33,756 nt of DNA from an uncultured virus (IMG/VR IMGVR_UViG_3300036715_000622) (Duplodnaviria > Heunggongvirae > Uroviricota > Caudoviricetes): IMG/VR virus record IMGVR_UViG_3300036715_000622; one strand, written 5' to 3'. Positions 33,608 to 33,756 of the stretch are shown one piece after another (within the stretch, counting starts at the first letter, position 1; the number at the start of each line of letters is the position of its first letter). Under the pieces are notes generated by a model that saw only the letters and a list, made by a program, of their open reading frames with translations, searched no databases and was not told the DNA's origin. The translations under genes and the position numbers were made by a program.

Positions 33608-33645
33608 AAAAGCCCCTAACTGGTATGAGCAGTTAGGGGCTTTTT
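33606..33645. terminator. bidirectional rho-independent terminator
   Basis: AAAAAAGCCCCTAACTG/CAGTTAGGGGCTTTTT between convergent genes. Confidence 0.9.
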
Positions 33646-33646
33646 C

Positions 33647-33756
33647 TTATTCTGCTTCTGCTTTCGCTTTAGTAAACTCCAGCAGAGCTTCCAATGCTCC
33701 GTGTGTTGCTTTTGCCAAAGATTCCAGCTGGTTGCGGGGAACCCCGCTGTTTGCTG
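33647..33756 (-). CDS. C-terminus of a second A2/D5-like protein
   Basis: ...PRNQLESLAKATHGALEALLEF...*. Confidence 0.5.
   Translation of the reverse strand, partial: ANSGVPRNQLESLAKATHGALEALLEFTKAKAEAE

Overview
Fragment of a lytic T5-like (Demerecviridae-type) phage genome. Almost everything from 1 to 31.4 kb is on the minus strand, driven by more than 20 near-consensus sigma70 promoters (TTGACT-17-TATAAT). 1-12 kb is a replication and nucleotide module: D5-like start, split NAD-dependent ligase (ligB and ligA 2.6 kb apart), PC4-like SSB, SLT, D2, D3, nrdB, nrdA and a QueD-like gene. 12.1-12.3 kb looks like an orphan IS200/IS605 (TnpB omega-RNA-like) right end. 14.8-28.9 kb is an unusually RNA-rich island. 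It holds 25 tRNAs covering all 20 amino acids, a circularly permuted two-piece tmRNA (tag ANDEVYALAA), and a Ro60/TROVE gene flanked by four Y-RNA-like elements that share one scaffold (one is a permuted tRNA mimic). It also holds a ~720-nt ornate ncRNA (GOLLD-like), at least seven further unknown RNAs each enclosed in a terminal inverted repeat, and two metallophosphoesterases. Next come a triplicated GYxE-repeat gene, a ClpP-like protease and DUF3310. A divergent plus-strand block carries a long hairpin, short repeats and A2/D5-like genes. Family assignments come from motif recognition by eye, not from database searches.
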